A stretch of DNA of 64,000 nt, from contig NC_043002.1 of the NCBI RefSeq assembly GCF_006345805.1, forward strand, positions 45,260,001 to 45,324,000. Reading direction: 5' to 3'. A program made the position numbers and the translations under genes. Below are positions 24,014 through 37,151 of this stretch, piece by piece. Within the stretch, counting starts at the first letter, position 1, and each line of letters opens with the position of its first letter. The notes below the pieces were generated by a model, which was not told the DNA's origin, ran no database searches, and saw only the letters and a list, made by a program, of their open reading frames with translations. Origin of the DNA: Octopus sinensis. Lineage: Eukaryota.

Positions 24014-26190
24014 TAGATAAACTTAGATATGTTTCGACCAGAGATTGGTCCAGGCCATGTCTAACTTAATAGCACCACCTGATAGGATTATTCGAATCCT
24101 GTTTAAGTCAAGTTTTGTTCAAGTAGTGAGTTCTTGTTGGGTGAGTTGTATCCAATTATGGGTGGCTTATCTGGTATTCTTTGAAGGAATCTATCCAGAC
24201 TCTGTTTAAAGTTGATGGGATCCTTTTCCTCTTTGATCTCCCTCGGGACAATGTTAAATAGGGCAGGGCTGTTGAGGAAAAGAAATTATGTTGCAGTGTA
24301 CATGTATGTTGTGATCTTGAATTTGGCAGGGGACGTATAGCCCGTGGTCCAAGTCTTGGATGAACCTTGAAGCTAATGTTTAGGTCGTTTGGGCAAAGTT
24401 GGCGGTATATTTTCCACATCGTACAAATGATGTACCGCTCACGGCGACGCTGGAGGGAGTAAAGTTTCAAGGCTTTAAGGCGATCCCAATAATCGAGAGC
24501 AGCCATGCCTTCAATTTGTTTAGTGAGAGCCCTCTGGGGTGACTCAATTCTGGAGATGTTTTGTCTTGTGTGAGGAGACCACAGTGGGCAGCAGTATTCA
24601 AGGTGTGGCCGTACAAAGGAGGAAAAAAGTGGTATGATGACACCTTGTTCTCTGGACCGGAATGTTCTTAAGATCCAGGAACTCATCCTACGAGCTATAT
24701 CGACCTTCTTGTTGATGTGTGCACTCCAACTGAGATCGTCATCAACAATTACACCCAGGTCTCTGATATTGTTAGAGGCTGTGAGCGGTTCCCCTGAAGG
24801 AAGAGAGTATGGTTGTTTTAGTGAGGAATTTCTTCCAAAATGCATCAGCTCAAATTTTCCCTCATTCAGTTGCATTTTGTTTCTGTCTGCCCATTGACTC
24901 ACAGCATATAGATCAGACTGGAGTTGAGTTCGGTCTGCTTCTTCATTGACGATTTGCTGGAGCTTAGTGTCATCAGCGAATATTTTCACTTTGCAGTGAT
25001 GTACGACACTGGAATGGTCGTTTACGTAAATTATGAAGAGTAGCGGACCCAAAACAGTTCCCTGGGGAACACCGCTGGTGACTTTTGCTGGGTTTGAGTG
25101 AACTCCATCAACTGCAACATGTTGTGTTCTATTCGCCAGGAAATACTTAATCCAGTGTAGAACTTTTCCACGGATTCCAACATTTGCCAATTTTGAGAGT
25201 AGGATATTATGGTCTACCCTGTCGAACGCTTTACTGAAGTCAAGATATATGACGTCAGAGTTCGAACCTGTTCCCAAGGCTTTGAGTACATCTTCAATGT
25301 GGTGTAAGAGCTGTGTTAGACAGTCCCTGCCACAGCGAAAGCCATGCTGATTTGCATTTAGGAGTTTGTGTGTCTCCAGGAAGTCAGCTATCCTTGATCT
25401 TAACACTCTTTTAAACACTTTAATGATGTGGGAGGTGAGTGAGATTGGGCGATAGTTGACTGCGAGGGATCTGTTTCCCTGTTTGAAAACCGGGATGACC
25501 GACTGGGATAGAAACTGTTTCGGTATATAACCTGCGTCTAACGAGTTTCTCCAGAGGTTGGTCAGAGGGACTGCAAGTTGATATCTACATTCCTTCAGGA
25601 GACTAGCGGGAAATCTATCAGGGCCTACAGCAGAGTAATGTTTGACCTCATTTATTGCTGCTACGATGTCGGTGGCAGTGAAGGTTATGTCTGCGATTTT
25701 GTGTTGGGAGTCAACTTCGTTCGTTTCCCTCACGTCAATATCAGTGGGAACACTGAAGACAGAGCAGTATTGTTTCTGCAGTATTTCTGCCATTTCTTTA
25801 GCATCGTGTTGGGGAATGCCGTTATCATCAATCAATGGCCCAATGGGCGAGACAGTGGTTCTATGCTTATTTGCATAAGAATAGAACACTTTTGGGTTCT
25901 GTTTGATGTTTTTGATTACCCATTGTTCCTCCACAGCTCTTTGATTTTCAATGGAGGTTTTCATGTTAGTCTGCAGATGAAGTTTTTCCAGCTCTAGTCT
26001 TTTCATTGTTGTTGAATGTGGATGTTGTGTGTGGGAATATTTTAATTGGTTGATTTTTTTGTTGAGTCTTTTGATGCGCCTGATGAGTGTTTTTTTCTTT
26101 TTAGGGAGCCGGTTTCTGTTTGTGTTAGTAGATTTCTTGGGAGCGTGTTTAGAGCATGTATAGGCGACAATGTTTTCAAAGTGCTGCCTT
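24009..26190 (-). mobile_element. 5'-truncated CR1/L2-group LINE
   Basis: RT ORF plus 3' UTR ending in a tandem 10-mer (aacttagata x2 on +). Confidence 0.9.
24156..26006 (-). CDS. Non-LTR reverse transcriptase (ORF2 part, 616 aa); late frameshift near 24260
   Basis: YRPISLTS, QHGFR, YLDFSKAFD, GVPQGTVLGPLLF, FADD, DLGV, RPHLEY motifs. Confidence 0.95.
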   Translation of the reverse strand: MKRLELEKLHLQTNMKTSIENQRAVEEQWVIKNIKQNPKVFYSYANKHRTTVSPIGPLIDDNGIPQHDAKEMAEILQKQYCSVFSVPTDIDVRETNEVDSQHKIADITFTATDIVAAINEVKHYSAVGPDRFPASLLKECRYQLAVPLTNLWRNSLDAGYIPKQFLSQSVIPVFKQGNRSLAVNYRPISLTSHIIKVFKRVLRSRIADFLETHKLLNANQHGFRCGRDCLTQLLHHIEDVLKALGTGSNSDVIYLDFSKAFDRVDHNILLSKLANVGIRGKVLHWIKYFLANRTQHVAVDGVHSNPAKVTSGVPQGTVLGPLLFIIYVNDHSSVVHHCKVKIFADDTKLQQIVNEEADRTQLQSDLYAVSQWADRNKMQLNEGKFELMHFGRNSSLKQPYSLPSGEPLTASNNIRDLGVIVDDDLSWSAHINKKVDIARRMSSWILRTFRSREQGVIIPLFSSFVRPHLEYCCPLWSPHTRQNISRIESPQRALTKQIEGMAALDYWDRLKALKLYSLQRRRERYIICTMWKIYRQLCPNDLNISFKVHPRLGPRAIRPLPNSRSQHTCTLQHNFFSSTALPYLTLSRGRSKRKRIPSTLNRVWIDSFKEYQISHP

Positions 26191-26352
26191 CAGGCTTCTT
26201 CAGTTTCTGTCTACCTAATCCACTCACAAGGCTTTAGTCCATCCGAGGCTAAAGTAGAAGACACTTTCCCAAGGTGCTACGCAATGGAACTGAACCTAGA
26301 ACCATGTGGTTGGGAAGCAAGCTTCTTACCACACAGTCACATCTGCGCCTGT
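26190..26352 (-). mobile_element. SINE family B head half
   Basis: Head and CORE part, stopping at gaagcctg where the LINE begins. Confidence 0.8.
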
Positions 26353-26370
26353 ATATATAAATATGTGTGT

Positions 26371-26459
<89 letters not shown>

Positions 26460-26599
26460 ATAATTAATATAGTGAAATACATATCATATAGAGCATTTAT
26501 CATAAGGAATAAATTATATTATACTTATATATATGTATACACACACACAATACATCATCTTATCAACGTTACCATAAACCTAATAACAATACCACATAC

Positions 26600-28065
26600 A
26601 TACATGTAAACATCCTTATAATATTATAAATAATCTAGCCTATAACATAGAAAGTAGAATTAAGCTATTATCATCCAATGAGGAAATATTTAACAAGCGC
26701 AAAGACTATTGTAATCTAGCACTTAAGAACGCAGGATATAAATAGCGAATTAAGTACAACAAAAACAACAACACTTATTCTAATCATCCTAAGAATTATC
26801 TAGATAAGAATAATACTGACCATATTACTGAACCTACGTCAACTAGTAAATTAGAAAACCCAGACACACAATTAAATTCTCTCAATAATATTCATCAGCA
26901 AAACATTACCAACAAACACAAATCCTACAACAACAATAAGCATCATAATAATAAACACTATAAATATGAACACCATAACCATAATCTCTCTAATAGAATG
27001 GATAATACTAATTTTGCCAACCCACAAATTACCAAATACATTATTAATAATGTAACCAAACCTAGGTATACAGACAATAAATACCGAAAACAAATAACCA
27101 TAGATAGAAATATGAACATGTAACCTACACAGTTTAAAAATCTAAATTATCCCACTACATCTCGTCCTCCTAATAACTCACATAACCACACAACTAATAT
27201 TAATAAAGTTAGGGGTAATAATATAGAAAAAAGAAATATATACCACATGTACGAATAGATGACCCACAAAATACAAACTACTACGACAATAAGGAAAACA
27301 ACAATAGCATCATTCGGATTATAATTCCTTTTGCAAAATATCTAAAATCCAATTTTATTAAATCAATTGGAAACATTATTTAGAAAAAATTTTAAAAACT
27401 CTAAATATGCAAAAATATTTAATAACAAAATGATAAGATTTGGATTTTCAGTATCTCCTAACTTATTTAGGATTATATCGTCATTTAAAAATAGGAAACT
27501 AGACCAATTCTACAATAACCCCACCCCTAATATACATGTTAACCCAATAATTCCATATCTAATAACAACAAACACAACCTCAGTTACCCTTAATACATAT
27601 AGACGTAGCAATAGAGCATCAGCTAATAGTTCTAATTGTAATTGTAGAAAGCCGAATACTTGTGAGGTAAAAGGTAACTGTAAAATGAAAGATGTATACC
27701 AAGCAACAATTATTACCCATAATCTCTCAAAATTTACTTCCATCGGATGTGCACAAAATCCTTTTAAATTAAGATTAAATAATCATATATCATCTTTTAA
27801 TGACCCTAGAACAGAAAACAGCTCAGGTCTATCTTAAAAGGTTTGGCAACTGAAAAGAAGCAATATAGATTACTCGATTTCTTGGAAAATTTTCTCGTCA
27901 GCTCCATCTTATAGGCATAATAACGGATCGGCAAATTATGCCTAGAAGAAAGTTATAAAATTATGAAAATGAACGGTTTTCTTGTAAATTCGAGAGATAA
28001 AAAAGTATTTTTTCGCAATATGTACTTAGATACTCATCTCTCACCTATTCTAAATATTGCTACTC
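26600..28065 (+). mobile_element. Degenerate PLE: RT thumb, Asn-rich linker, GIY-YIG endonuclease
   Basis: LLSSNEEIFN..K.Y..ALKNAGY; CNCRKPNTCEVKGNC..KDVYQA..IGC..FKLRLNNHISSF; continues VWQLK..ISWKI. Confidence 0.8.
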
Positions 28066-28124
28066 CTATTATTATTATTATTATTATCATTATTATTATT
28101 ATTATTATAATTATTATTATTACA

Positions 28125-31100
28125 TTTTTTCTTCTTCTTTCAAATTTGCTTCCATTTCTTGCCGAGTGTCTTCCCGACTCCTAGGGCAAAGAAACTCATA
28201 GCATACATTGGTAGGCCATTAAACCAAACTCAGTAGTTCGTTCATTTTTTTTTTTTTTTTTTTTAAAGTTAAATTAAAATACATGAGCAGCAACAGTTCT
28301 CACATCGACAATGTTCTTCTCAATACGTGTGATGTACCAGTTAAGACAATCTTTTGCACTTCTTGCAGGGATGGTGAGCCAGGGATCATTCTCATATAAT
28401 TTTCGGTTCCCTTCTTGATCATTCCTAGTGCTCCTACGATCACTGGTATTGTAACCGCCTTGAGATGCCACATTTTCTCAATTTCAATGAGTAGGTCTTT
28501 ATACTTTCTGAGCTTCAAAACTCTTTCGCTGAGATATTATGATCACAGGGGATGCTCATGTCGATCAATAAGCAAACTTTATTGTTTTGGTCTTTCACAC
28601 AACAATTCTGGTTTATTGGCCTTGATGGTTCGGTCTGTATGTACTGGAAAGTCCCACAGAATGGTTACATTTTCTCCTTCAGTTACAGCCTCAGGGTGGT
28701 GATTATACCACTTGTCGGCAGTTTTGATATTGTAATGCCGACTTATTAGCCAGTGTAGATATTGGCCAACTCTGTCATGTCTTAATTTATACTCCACTGG
28801 TGCTAAGACTTTACATCCAGAGATTAGGTGGTCCACTGTTTCAATCATGTCGTTGCAGAATCGGCATTTTGGGTCTGCTCCATTTTTCATCACATTGGCC
28901 TGGTAGTTCCGGTTAATAGGCTTTGATCTTGAGCAGCCAGGAAACCTTCGCTCTCTGCTTTTAGCCCTGAGCTCCGTAGCCACTGATGGGTTTGCTTCTG
29001 GTCAACATCAGCTTGTTTGCTGCGGGTCACATATTTGCCGTGCAGAGGTTTCTCCTCCCACCTATCAGCCAATTGCTCGTGCGCTTTCTTCATTGCCATC
29101 ATTTTCACCTTCTTTGCAACAATAGTTGCCGTACTTCCCTCGGGTTGTTCAGTTTGGGTATCCTGCACGAGATCAATAGCAAATTTTTTGCTTTCCTTTG
29201 TGATAGAATGAAGCTTCTTTCGTCTCTCGTGATTTTCCACGAGCTTTAGCATCCAGTCATTCGATATTTCGAGATACTTGGCCAGTCCAATTGTGGTTGT
29301 TTTGTAAGCTAGTTCAAATTGGATCAGGCCTCGACCTCCTTGGGCTCTGGGAAGGTAAAGGCGATCTACGTCTGCCTTTGGGTGGTGCATCCTATTACAA
29401 CTCAGCAGCTTGCGTATTTTTCTATCTATATTCTTTACTTCACTCATATTCCAATTCAACACATTGTAGCTATAAGTAACAACTGGAACTGCTAAGGAAT
29501 TTATAGCTAACACCTTGTTACGTGCATTTAGTTCAGATTTCAGGACTGCACGAACTCTCCTATAACATTCCTTCCTGATTTTCTCTTTCATGCTTGCATG
29601 CTGAATACCAGAGCCTTCATTTATCCCTAAATATTTGTATGTTTGTTCTTGCTCAAGCTCTCTTATGACTGTGTCAACATCTAACACGACTGAATTTGTG
29701 GTCTTCACTTTCCCTTTCTGGAAAGTGGCCTTGGCACACTTCTCAAGTCCAAACTCCATCCCGATGTCATCGCTGAATGCTTTCACGGTGTGCAATAGGC
29801 CTTCAAGTTCATTATTGTCTTTACCATTAAGTTTTAAGTCATCCATATAAAATAGATGGCTTATTTTTTTATTGGCAATTTTATACCCATACCCTGTTCT
29901 GTTTAATTCACTTGTAAGGGGTATTAGGGCTATGCAGAATATTAAAGGTGAAAGTGAGTCACCTTGAAAAATTCCACAGTTGATGTTTATGTTTTCTGAG
30001 GCAAGTACTCCATTAGAGTGGTATAATTGGAGATTCGTATTCCACAACGACATATTGTGCTTCAGGAAGTTTGAAATCACAGGGGAAATGTTGAAGATGT
30101 CCAGCGATCTCAAGATCCATGGATGCGGTATACTGTCGAAGGCCTTTTTGTAGTCAATCCATGCGGTGCTGAGATTTCTGCGCTTGTTGTGACAGTTCTC
30201 AAGGATCATACGATTGATTAGCAGTTGATCTTTGCATCCGTAAGAGCCTCGGCGGCACCCTTTTTGTTCAATGGGGAAAATATCGTTCTTCTCCATGAAT
30301 GCATATGTTTTCTCCGCCAGGATAGATGTTAGGATTTTATACGTGGTGGATAGACAGGTTATAGTCCGATAGTTTTTTGGAAGGTTGGTTTCGTTATTCT
30401 TTGGGAGTAGGTAAGTAATGCCACTTGCTAACCATTCAGGTGTTTTCTTTGGGTCTCTCATAATTCCATTAAGCAGCTGAACTAGCTTACCGTGTGCGCA
30501 TGGGAGCGATGCGAGCCAGAAATTCGGCACCCTATCTTTACCGGGGGATTTCCAATTATGGGCCTTCGTGAGTGCCTTTCTTAGGTCTGCTATTGTGATG
30601 TCTTCCCATGCTTGTTGTTGTAAATTTTGGTAGGATCCTTCAGTTTGTATAATCCAGTCTGCATTTATGTTGTACGTCTTCTTGTCACTCCAAATCCTTT
30701 TCCAAAAGTTTTGAACTTCTTCCATGGGAGGGGGGTCTTTAACGGTACTTTCTCCTTCCCTATTTCTCTGTAGAATTTGTTGGCATTGGATGTGAACAGC
30801 TTATTTTGCTTGTAAAACTTGTTTCTCTTCTCAAATCTTCGTATTCTTTGGGCTTTTGCTTGGACTTTTTGTTTCAGCGTTTCTTTTATTGATATCAGTT
30901 CTTCTCTTGGTGAGGATCCAAATTTTCTCTTCATCTTTCTTCCTGTTCTGGATCTTACATCATTTCCACATATTAGTTCATTTAATATTGATATTTCCCC
31001 TCTCATAAATTCAATCACTTTTTCAATTTTACTTCTCCGGGTTTGATTTCTTCCCAGGTTTTGTTTTCTTTGTTTTTTCGGGGGCATACAGCTGGTTTCA

Positions 31101-32090
31101 ATTGCCCTAGCAGAAGCGTAAATAATTTCATTTAACTCAGTAAAATCAGGTTTTAATTCTCGTATTATTTCATTTGTTACATAGTTGCCAATTTGGATTT
31201 GTTTTTTATTTTGGTTTGTATTTGAGAGTTTATGAAGTGGTTCTCTATCATTCATACTTGTATGTCTTACAACTTCAAGCGTATTCAGGATTTTCTGCCT
31301 CATTTCTGCCATAGACTCTCTGTGTTCTTCAGCAAATGCGAGATCTTCAGTTACTGTTGTTTTTTCGTTTTCCTGGCTATCTTTAACAGGTACAATAGAA
31401 TTTCTTGTATCTTCAGGCCTTTGCGTACTTTGGTCAGATGGCAGTCTTTCAATTAAGCCTCGTGGCGGGCTATACTGTTCATCTGATTCTTCATTTCTTT
31501 GTGTCTTATATTTATGTCATTTTCCGTTGCATGCTTGATCGCGCTTATTTCACTGTCTGTGAGTCTGTATTTCTAAGGATATCCCTCCTCACATTTGCTA
31601 ATTTGTTCTCGTCCAAATAGGGCCTACTGTCTTGATTCCGTTTTCTCCATATACTGTAAGAGTTTGCGGTGTGTCTCTCTTGAGATGGCCTACCTAATGC
31701 ATAGTAATAAGCGTATATTACTTCTTTATACTCTTCTCGGGTCCATTTGTTCCGCTTACATTTTTCTTTCTGTGGTGGTTGTGGTGGTGAACTTGGAGGG
31801 CTCGAGTTGGGGGATTTCCCGTTCAAGTGACCATCCATGTCCGTATTCGGAGAAGAGTTTGTGCCAGTTGATGACTTTTCGATCCCAGGCTGGCTCTTCT
31901 CTGGGGGACGCGCTTCCAGATTAACCATAGGACAAGCGATTTGGTATACTGATTTAGTTTTCCTTTTAGTTTCCAAAAACATTTTGGTGCTACGATAATG
32001 TTATCATTTTTTAGCTTTGATTGGCTCGTGGGGAGACGGCCATCATTGCCGTTACAATATAATCGTACCATTATAGCAGCCGTAGTCGGC
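28125..32090 (-). mobile_element. Near full-length Dong/R4-clade non-LTR retrotransposon, frameshifted
   Basis: N-terminal KWTREEYKEVIYAYY; RT motifs (WKSPGKD, YRTITCL, EQKG, WIDYKKAFDS, GIFQGDSLSP, YMDDLKL, YKYLG); CRFC..ETVDHLISGC knuckle; C-terminal ILWDF..D..IKANKP and KYKDL..EI..MW..IPVIVGALG (RLE); flanked by TAA repeats. Confidence 0.9.
28890..30725 (-). CDS. RT domain of the Dong/R4 element (611 aa open segment)
   Basis: Contiguous RT motifs in the ORF track. Confidence 0.9.
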   Translation of the reverse strand: MEEVQNFWKRIWSDKKTYNINADWIIQTEGSYQNLQQQAWEDITIADLRKALTKAHNWKSPGKDRVPNFWLASLPCAHGKLVQLLNGIMRDPKKTPEWLASGITYLLPKNNETNLPKNYRTITCLSTTYKILTSILAEKTYAFMEKNDIFPIEQKGCRRGSYGCKDQLLINRMILENCHNKRRNLSTAWIDYKKAFDSIPHPWILRSLDIFNISPVISNFLKHNMSLWNTNLQLYHSNGVLASENININCGIFQGDSLSPLIFCIALIPLTSELNRTGYGYKIANKKISHLFYMDDLKLNGKDNNELEGLLHTVKAFSDDIGMEFGLEKCAKATFQKGKVKTTNSVVLDVDTVIRELEQEQTYKYLGINEGSGIQHASMKEKIRKECYRRVRAVLKSELNARNKVLAINSLAVPVVTYSYNVLNWNMSEVKNIDRKIRKLLSCNRMHHPKADVDRLYLPRAQGGRGLIQFELAYKTTTIGLAKYLEISNDWMLKLVENHERRKKLHSITKESKKFAIDLVQDTQTEQPEGSTATIVAKKVKMMAMKKAHEQLADRWEEKPLHGKYVTRSKQADVDQKQTHQWLRSSGLKAESEGFLAAQDQSLLTGTTRPM

Positions 32091-32659
32091 TTATTATTGT
32101 TATTATCATCACCATTACCATCACTATCATCATTATCACCACCATTACCATCATCATTATCATCATCACCATCACCATCACCACCATCATCATCAATGAT
32201 ATTGTTTTATGTGTAGTCACAGCAGTATCTTATTATTGTTATTTTTGTTTTTTTTATCATTATCACCATCACAGTAGTGTCTGTCTGTCTAGTTGGCTGG
32301 CTTGGTGGTTGGCTGGCTGACTGTCTTCAACACCAGAGTTCTTGCCTGTCAAATAATACTTTCTTTGTGTTTGTTGAACTCTTTGAGTGTGTGTGTGTGT
32401 GTAGATAGCTAGATAGATTATCAGCACTATTACTATCATTATTATCATCATCACCATCATCACCATCACCATCAGTGATATTTCTCTTTTTTTTTGGTGG
32501 GGTCCTATCGGTCAAAAAAAGTTCAGATGTTTACTGCTATTAGGCTTAAGAAAAATTAAGGAAGGGCTGTTCTGTATTGTTTGTGAATAGAGAAGTTGTG
32601 TTCGACCAGAGAGAATCTTAGCATCATCATTTTTTTTGTTTTTGTTTTTTTTTGTTTTG

Positions 32660-32800
<141 letters not shown>

Positions 32801-33243
32801 TTAACTATTGCCAATCTATTGATATTTTCAATCTTTCTTTATTACTATTGATATACGCAAACACTCTTTAATATTTTGGGGTGACTATTTTTTACTATAA
32901 TATATCTTTTTTATTTTTATTTCCTTTATTATATTCCCCCTTCTCTCTTTTTTATTCTTCTTTCTTATACGTAAACTTTGATAACCACTTATATAATATG
33001 TATTTTTTTAAATACTTCCTATCATAACTATCCCATTTTTAAAAAAATATTTTTGTGTGTGTATCTCTTACAAATCTACCTATATTAACCAAAATCTTAC
33101 AGGTGATATATGTTTATATTTACAGAAATTCTTAGCGCACAACAATCACTTACACAAATTGAACACACTCTCATAGATTTAGTTTATTTATCCCTTTGGT
33201 TATACATACAAAGAGTTTTATAATATTTCAACATTCTTTTCTC

Positions 33244-33277
<34 letters not shown>

Positions 33278-33653
33278 TATTATTATTGTGTTTATGTTTC
33301 TTTTACAATTGTTACTACTACCTCTAAATTTCTTTTCTAGTTTTATATTAGCACCGTTTAATATAATTCATAGATTATACATTATATTCCATATTTCACT
33401 TATTTCTTATATAGTTATTACATTTACATATATTATATGATATTCATATTATTATACAATTGTATATAGATGTACATATATGCATACACCTGCATATGCC
33501 CACATATGTGTGTATGAGTGTATATGTTTATGTGTGTGCGTGTGTATGTATATATATATATATATATATGCATGTGTGTGTGTATGTATGTGTGCATATA
33601 AGCATGTATATATGTGTGTGTATGTATTTGTATGTATGCATATGTGTATATAT

Positions 33654-33709
<56 letters not shown>

Positions 33710-34013
33710 GTGTATGCATATATGCACATATCCTTTTTATACTTTGTCGTAGTTTTTTCTTAACTTTCTGTTCTTTTTAAATGCACCAGTATATATAAAT
33801 GTATATACATATTTCAAATAATACTCTTCTCTTATATTCGAGATTTAAACATTTGAATTAATTATCGTATCTTTATCATATTTATTTCGCAACAATCACT
33901 CAATGATAAAAACGTTTTTTTTTTCTTCACATCCACTTTCCTCACTACGTTATATAAGTTAGTAAATTATTCTATATATATATATTATTATTATAATTAT
34001 TATTATTATTATT

Positions 34014-34064
<51 letters not shown>

Positions 34065-34068
34065 ATGT

Positions 34069-34099
<31 letters not shown>

Positions 34100-34100
<1 letters not shown>

Positions 34101-34761
34101 AAACAGTCCTTGGATGAAAATTGTATGCACATTTTGCTTTGACGGTTAATGGCGGCCAAACCGAGGCTAAGATCGAACAGGAAATTGGCAGGGATAATAA
34201 ATGCGTAATGAGAATGGGACCCGCGATGGTTAAAATTCGCAAGCTATAAAGATGTGGTTGCTATGGCAAAAAGAGTGAAAATTCATCGTCTTTCAACGGA
34301 CTTTGACAAGTGTTTGTTGTTTCTCTCTTACGGTTATCACCCTTTCTTTTCCATCTCTCACTTTCCCCTTCCCTCCTCTTTATCTCTATAACGGCTTTTG
34401 ACAGCTTCTACTCACTCTTTTTGCCTTTATCGATTTTTGTCAACGCCATATACTGACATCAACTCACTGCCATGAGCTTCGCTCGCTCATCGATTTTCAT
34501 CAAAATCGGACAAAAATGCAAAAGCTGCAGGAAAAATAACATCGTTTTGAGAATTTCCATTCACACACCCGATTGAGCTCACAAAAATCGACGCCAACGG
34601 AGTATTATCGAGTTTTCGGAAATTTCCGGTCTTATTTGAACTTCAGGGCATGTGATCTACTTATGTGCCAAAAATCATTAAAATCGGTTGGACGGTGATG
34701 GAGGAGTTAGTGTAACCCCAAACACAGAGACAGACACTATTACAGATTTATGTATATAGAT
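34100..34761 (+). mobile_element. Possible non-autonomous Helitron/Helentron (DINE-1-like) element
   Basis: cgatttt-catc-aaaatcg hairpin (~34492-34509), aaaatcggtt..., acagagacagacac and terminal ttatgtatatagat resemble this class. Confidence 0.4.
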
Positions 34762-35189
34762 ATAAGGTATTTGTAACTTATGCAAAATGAAATAGCTTGA
34801 ACTGGAAATCAAAACTGATTCGCGAGTTCGGTTCATAGAGATCTTTCCTTTTGTTTTACAGTATCGTATTAATAATATCTGAATAAGACCTTAGAATAAG
34901 GTCACAAATTTCTAGAAAGGGATATAGTCGCCTGAACTATATTACGCATCATACATAGCACTTTGGCAGTCTCCCATTTCTAACCTTTCACAAATACTTT
35001 TGTAGTATTAAACGTTACAGGCTAGAGAAATGATCTAGAAATAATGTTATCGTCTTTTTCATCGAGGAGGGGAGACAATTTCAAAAAGTATATAATAACT
35101 TTTACAGAACATTGAAATTAGATGCAGTGTAACGTTGTCAGGGACCATATCGAAGATTCGAACGATGGAATTTCTGACATATGGCCAGT

Positions 35190-35581
35190 AGTGTTTGGAG
35201 TAGAGGTTGAGTTAACCCCAGTGCTCCACTGCTTCTTATTTTATCGACCGCGAAAGGATGAGGAGCAAGTACGTAAAGATTGACGAAATGCAGCTATTCT
35301 AAGTATTTTGCTCGTCATGCTAAGGATTCTGACACCACGTCGCCTTATTTTGACACTACATTGGTTTCAAATTTTGGTACAAGGCCAGCAATTTCAAGGG
35401 TGGGGCTGAGTCGATCACATCGACTCCAGTGACCATTTCAACTGGTACTTATTTTATCGACCCCGAAAAGATGAAAGGCAAAGTCGACCTCGGTGGAATT
35501 TAAATTCAGAATGTACACACGGACGAAATGCCGCTAAGTATTTTGCCTGGCGTGCAAACGATTATGCCAGCTCACCACCTT
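35190..35581 (-). mobile_element. Two tandem SINE-A-related copies
   Basis: Reverse-complement heads ending gccttattttgac at ~35345 and ~35581. Confidence 0.8.
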
Positions 35582-36628
35582 ATTTTGACTCTATAATACA
35601 AACTGAAAATGTTAAGTGAAGTTTACAGTCTTTGTGCGTTTCTGAAAGGCTAGCATGTGTCTTCCATTCTGCAATCCTTTTTGTTTCTATCTCAGATCAA
35701 ATCACTTGTCTCCGTAAAATGAATTTCAATTAGGCAGGAAATGTCATCTTTTTGAACTGATAGAATGTAAGTTACAAATATGATCCGGTGTTATAAGGCC
35801 TCATCAGTGAAGCATCAGTGAAGCAGTCGATCAGTAAACAAAAGTTTTTTTAGAAGTACAAAACTACCACTAGGTTTTTGTTTCGTTTTCCCAGTCAAAA
35901 ACATATTTCAGTTCTTTAGAAAATTTTACACAATATTGATTATGCTAAAATTTATTGTGTGAAATAGAAATTTTCTAAAATGAAAAAAGAAAGTACTCCA
36001 ATATACTGCGCGGATACGCGAAAATATAACTGTTTCATTTTTAACTTGAAAAATTGCTTTGGAATTTAAAAAAGGAAAAAGTTTGACAGAATCAATCTAC
36101 GCTTTTTCAAGCAAACAATTTTTTTTAAATATTCCAGGGAAAACAAAAAATAATAAGTTACAGGTAGTGGGGAATACAAACATTGAAATTTTATTTTTTT
36201 ATTTTTTTATTTTTTCCAAAAATTGTAATCTTTCATGTTTACAACATAGAAATCTGGGGAATTAAAAAATACAGAAGTTATGGCTGGTTAAGTGGCGTGC
36301 TTATTCCAAAACTCCGTCTGTCTGACTGTCTGCCAGTCTATCAGTTTACTTATATGCATCTATCTCTCTTCATATTTATCCTTTATGTACGTCTGGTTGT
36401 AAAATTTGTACAGAAGTATTTGGAGAACGGTGCAGTACTATGAGTGTTCTGATTGCTTTGTTTGTGTGCCTTTTTTGAGAAGGATTTGGAAGATGGTGTA
36501 GGTATAGATTTAAAAGTATTAGTCAGATTGTGAATCCACTGTTACTTTATCCCGGAAGTTTCAAGTTCTGGAAAAATTGTCTTTATACAGTACTTAAGCT
36601 TCGTAATTTGCTCGGCTAATTTCTGTAT

Positions 36629-36712
<84 letters not shown>

Positions 36713-36831
36713 CGTGTTTGTGTGTCTGTGTGTGCGTGCATACGAGAGTGTGGGTGTGTTATGTATATATGCCTGATGAGATTTGGAGAGGGGGTGAGGT
36801 CAATTGGTAAGATATATAAATATATGTTCAA

Positions 36832-37050
36832 AGGTGGCGAGCTGGCAGAATCGTTAGCATGCTGGGCAAAATACTTAGCGACACTTCGTCCATCTTTCCG
36901 TTCTGAGTTCAAATTCCGCCAAAGTCAACTTTATCTCTCATCCTTTAGGGGTCGATAAAATGATAAAATCAGTACCATTTGATCACTGGGGTCGATCTAA
37001 TCGACCAAGCCCTCCCACGAAATTGCTGGCCTTGTGTAAAAATTTGAAGT
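36832..37050 (+). mobile_element. SINE family A
   Basis: Head ggtggcgagctggcagaatcgttagc, body and tail. Confidence 0.85.
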
Positions 37051-37111
37051 CTGTGAGCGCGTGTATGCGTGTGTGTGTATGTTTGTGTGCGTTCAGTATA
37101 TTAATTGTGAG

Positions 37112-37151
37112 ATTTCCTGAAGAAGGAGACATAACTCCGAAATATTGAAAT
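37112..37151 (+). ncRNA. Minimal hammerhead ribozyme motif, intact core
   Basis: AUUUC-CUGAAGA-A-GGAG-ACAUAA-CUCC-GAA-AUAU-U-GAAAU; stems I and II perfect, palindromic AUAU. Confidence 0.8.

Noticed and set aside
31980-32090. HDV-like or twister ribozyme at the Dong 5' end
   Set aside because: Could not assign P1-P4 or a twister core by eye; left as a test only
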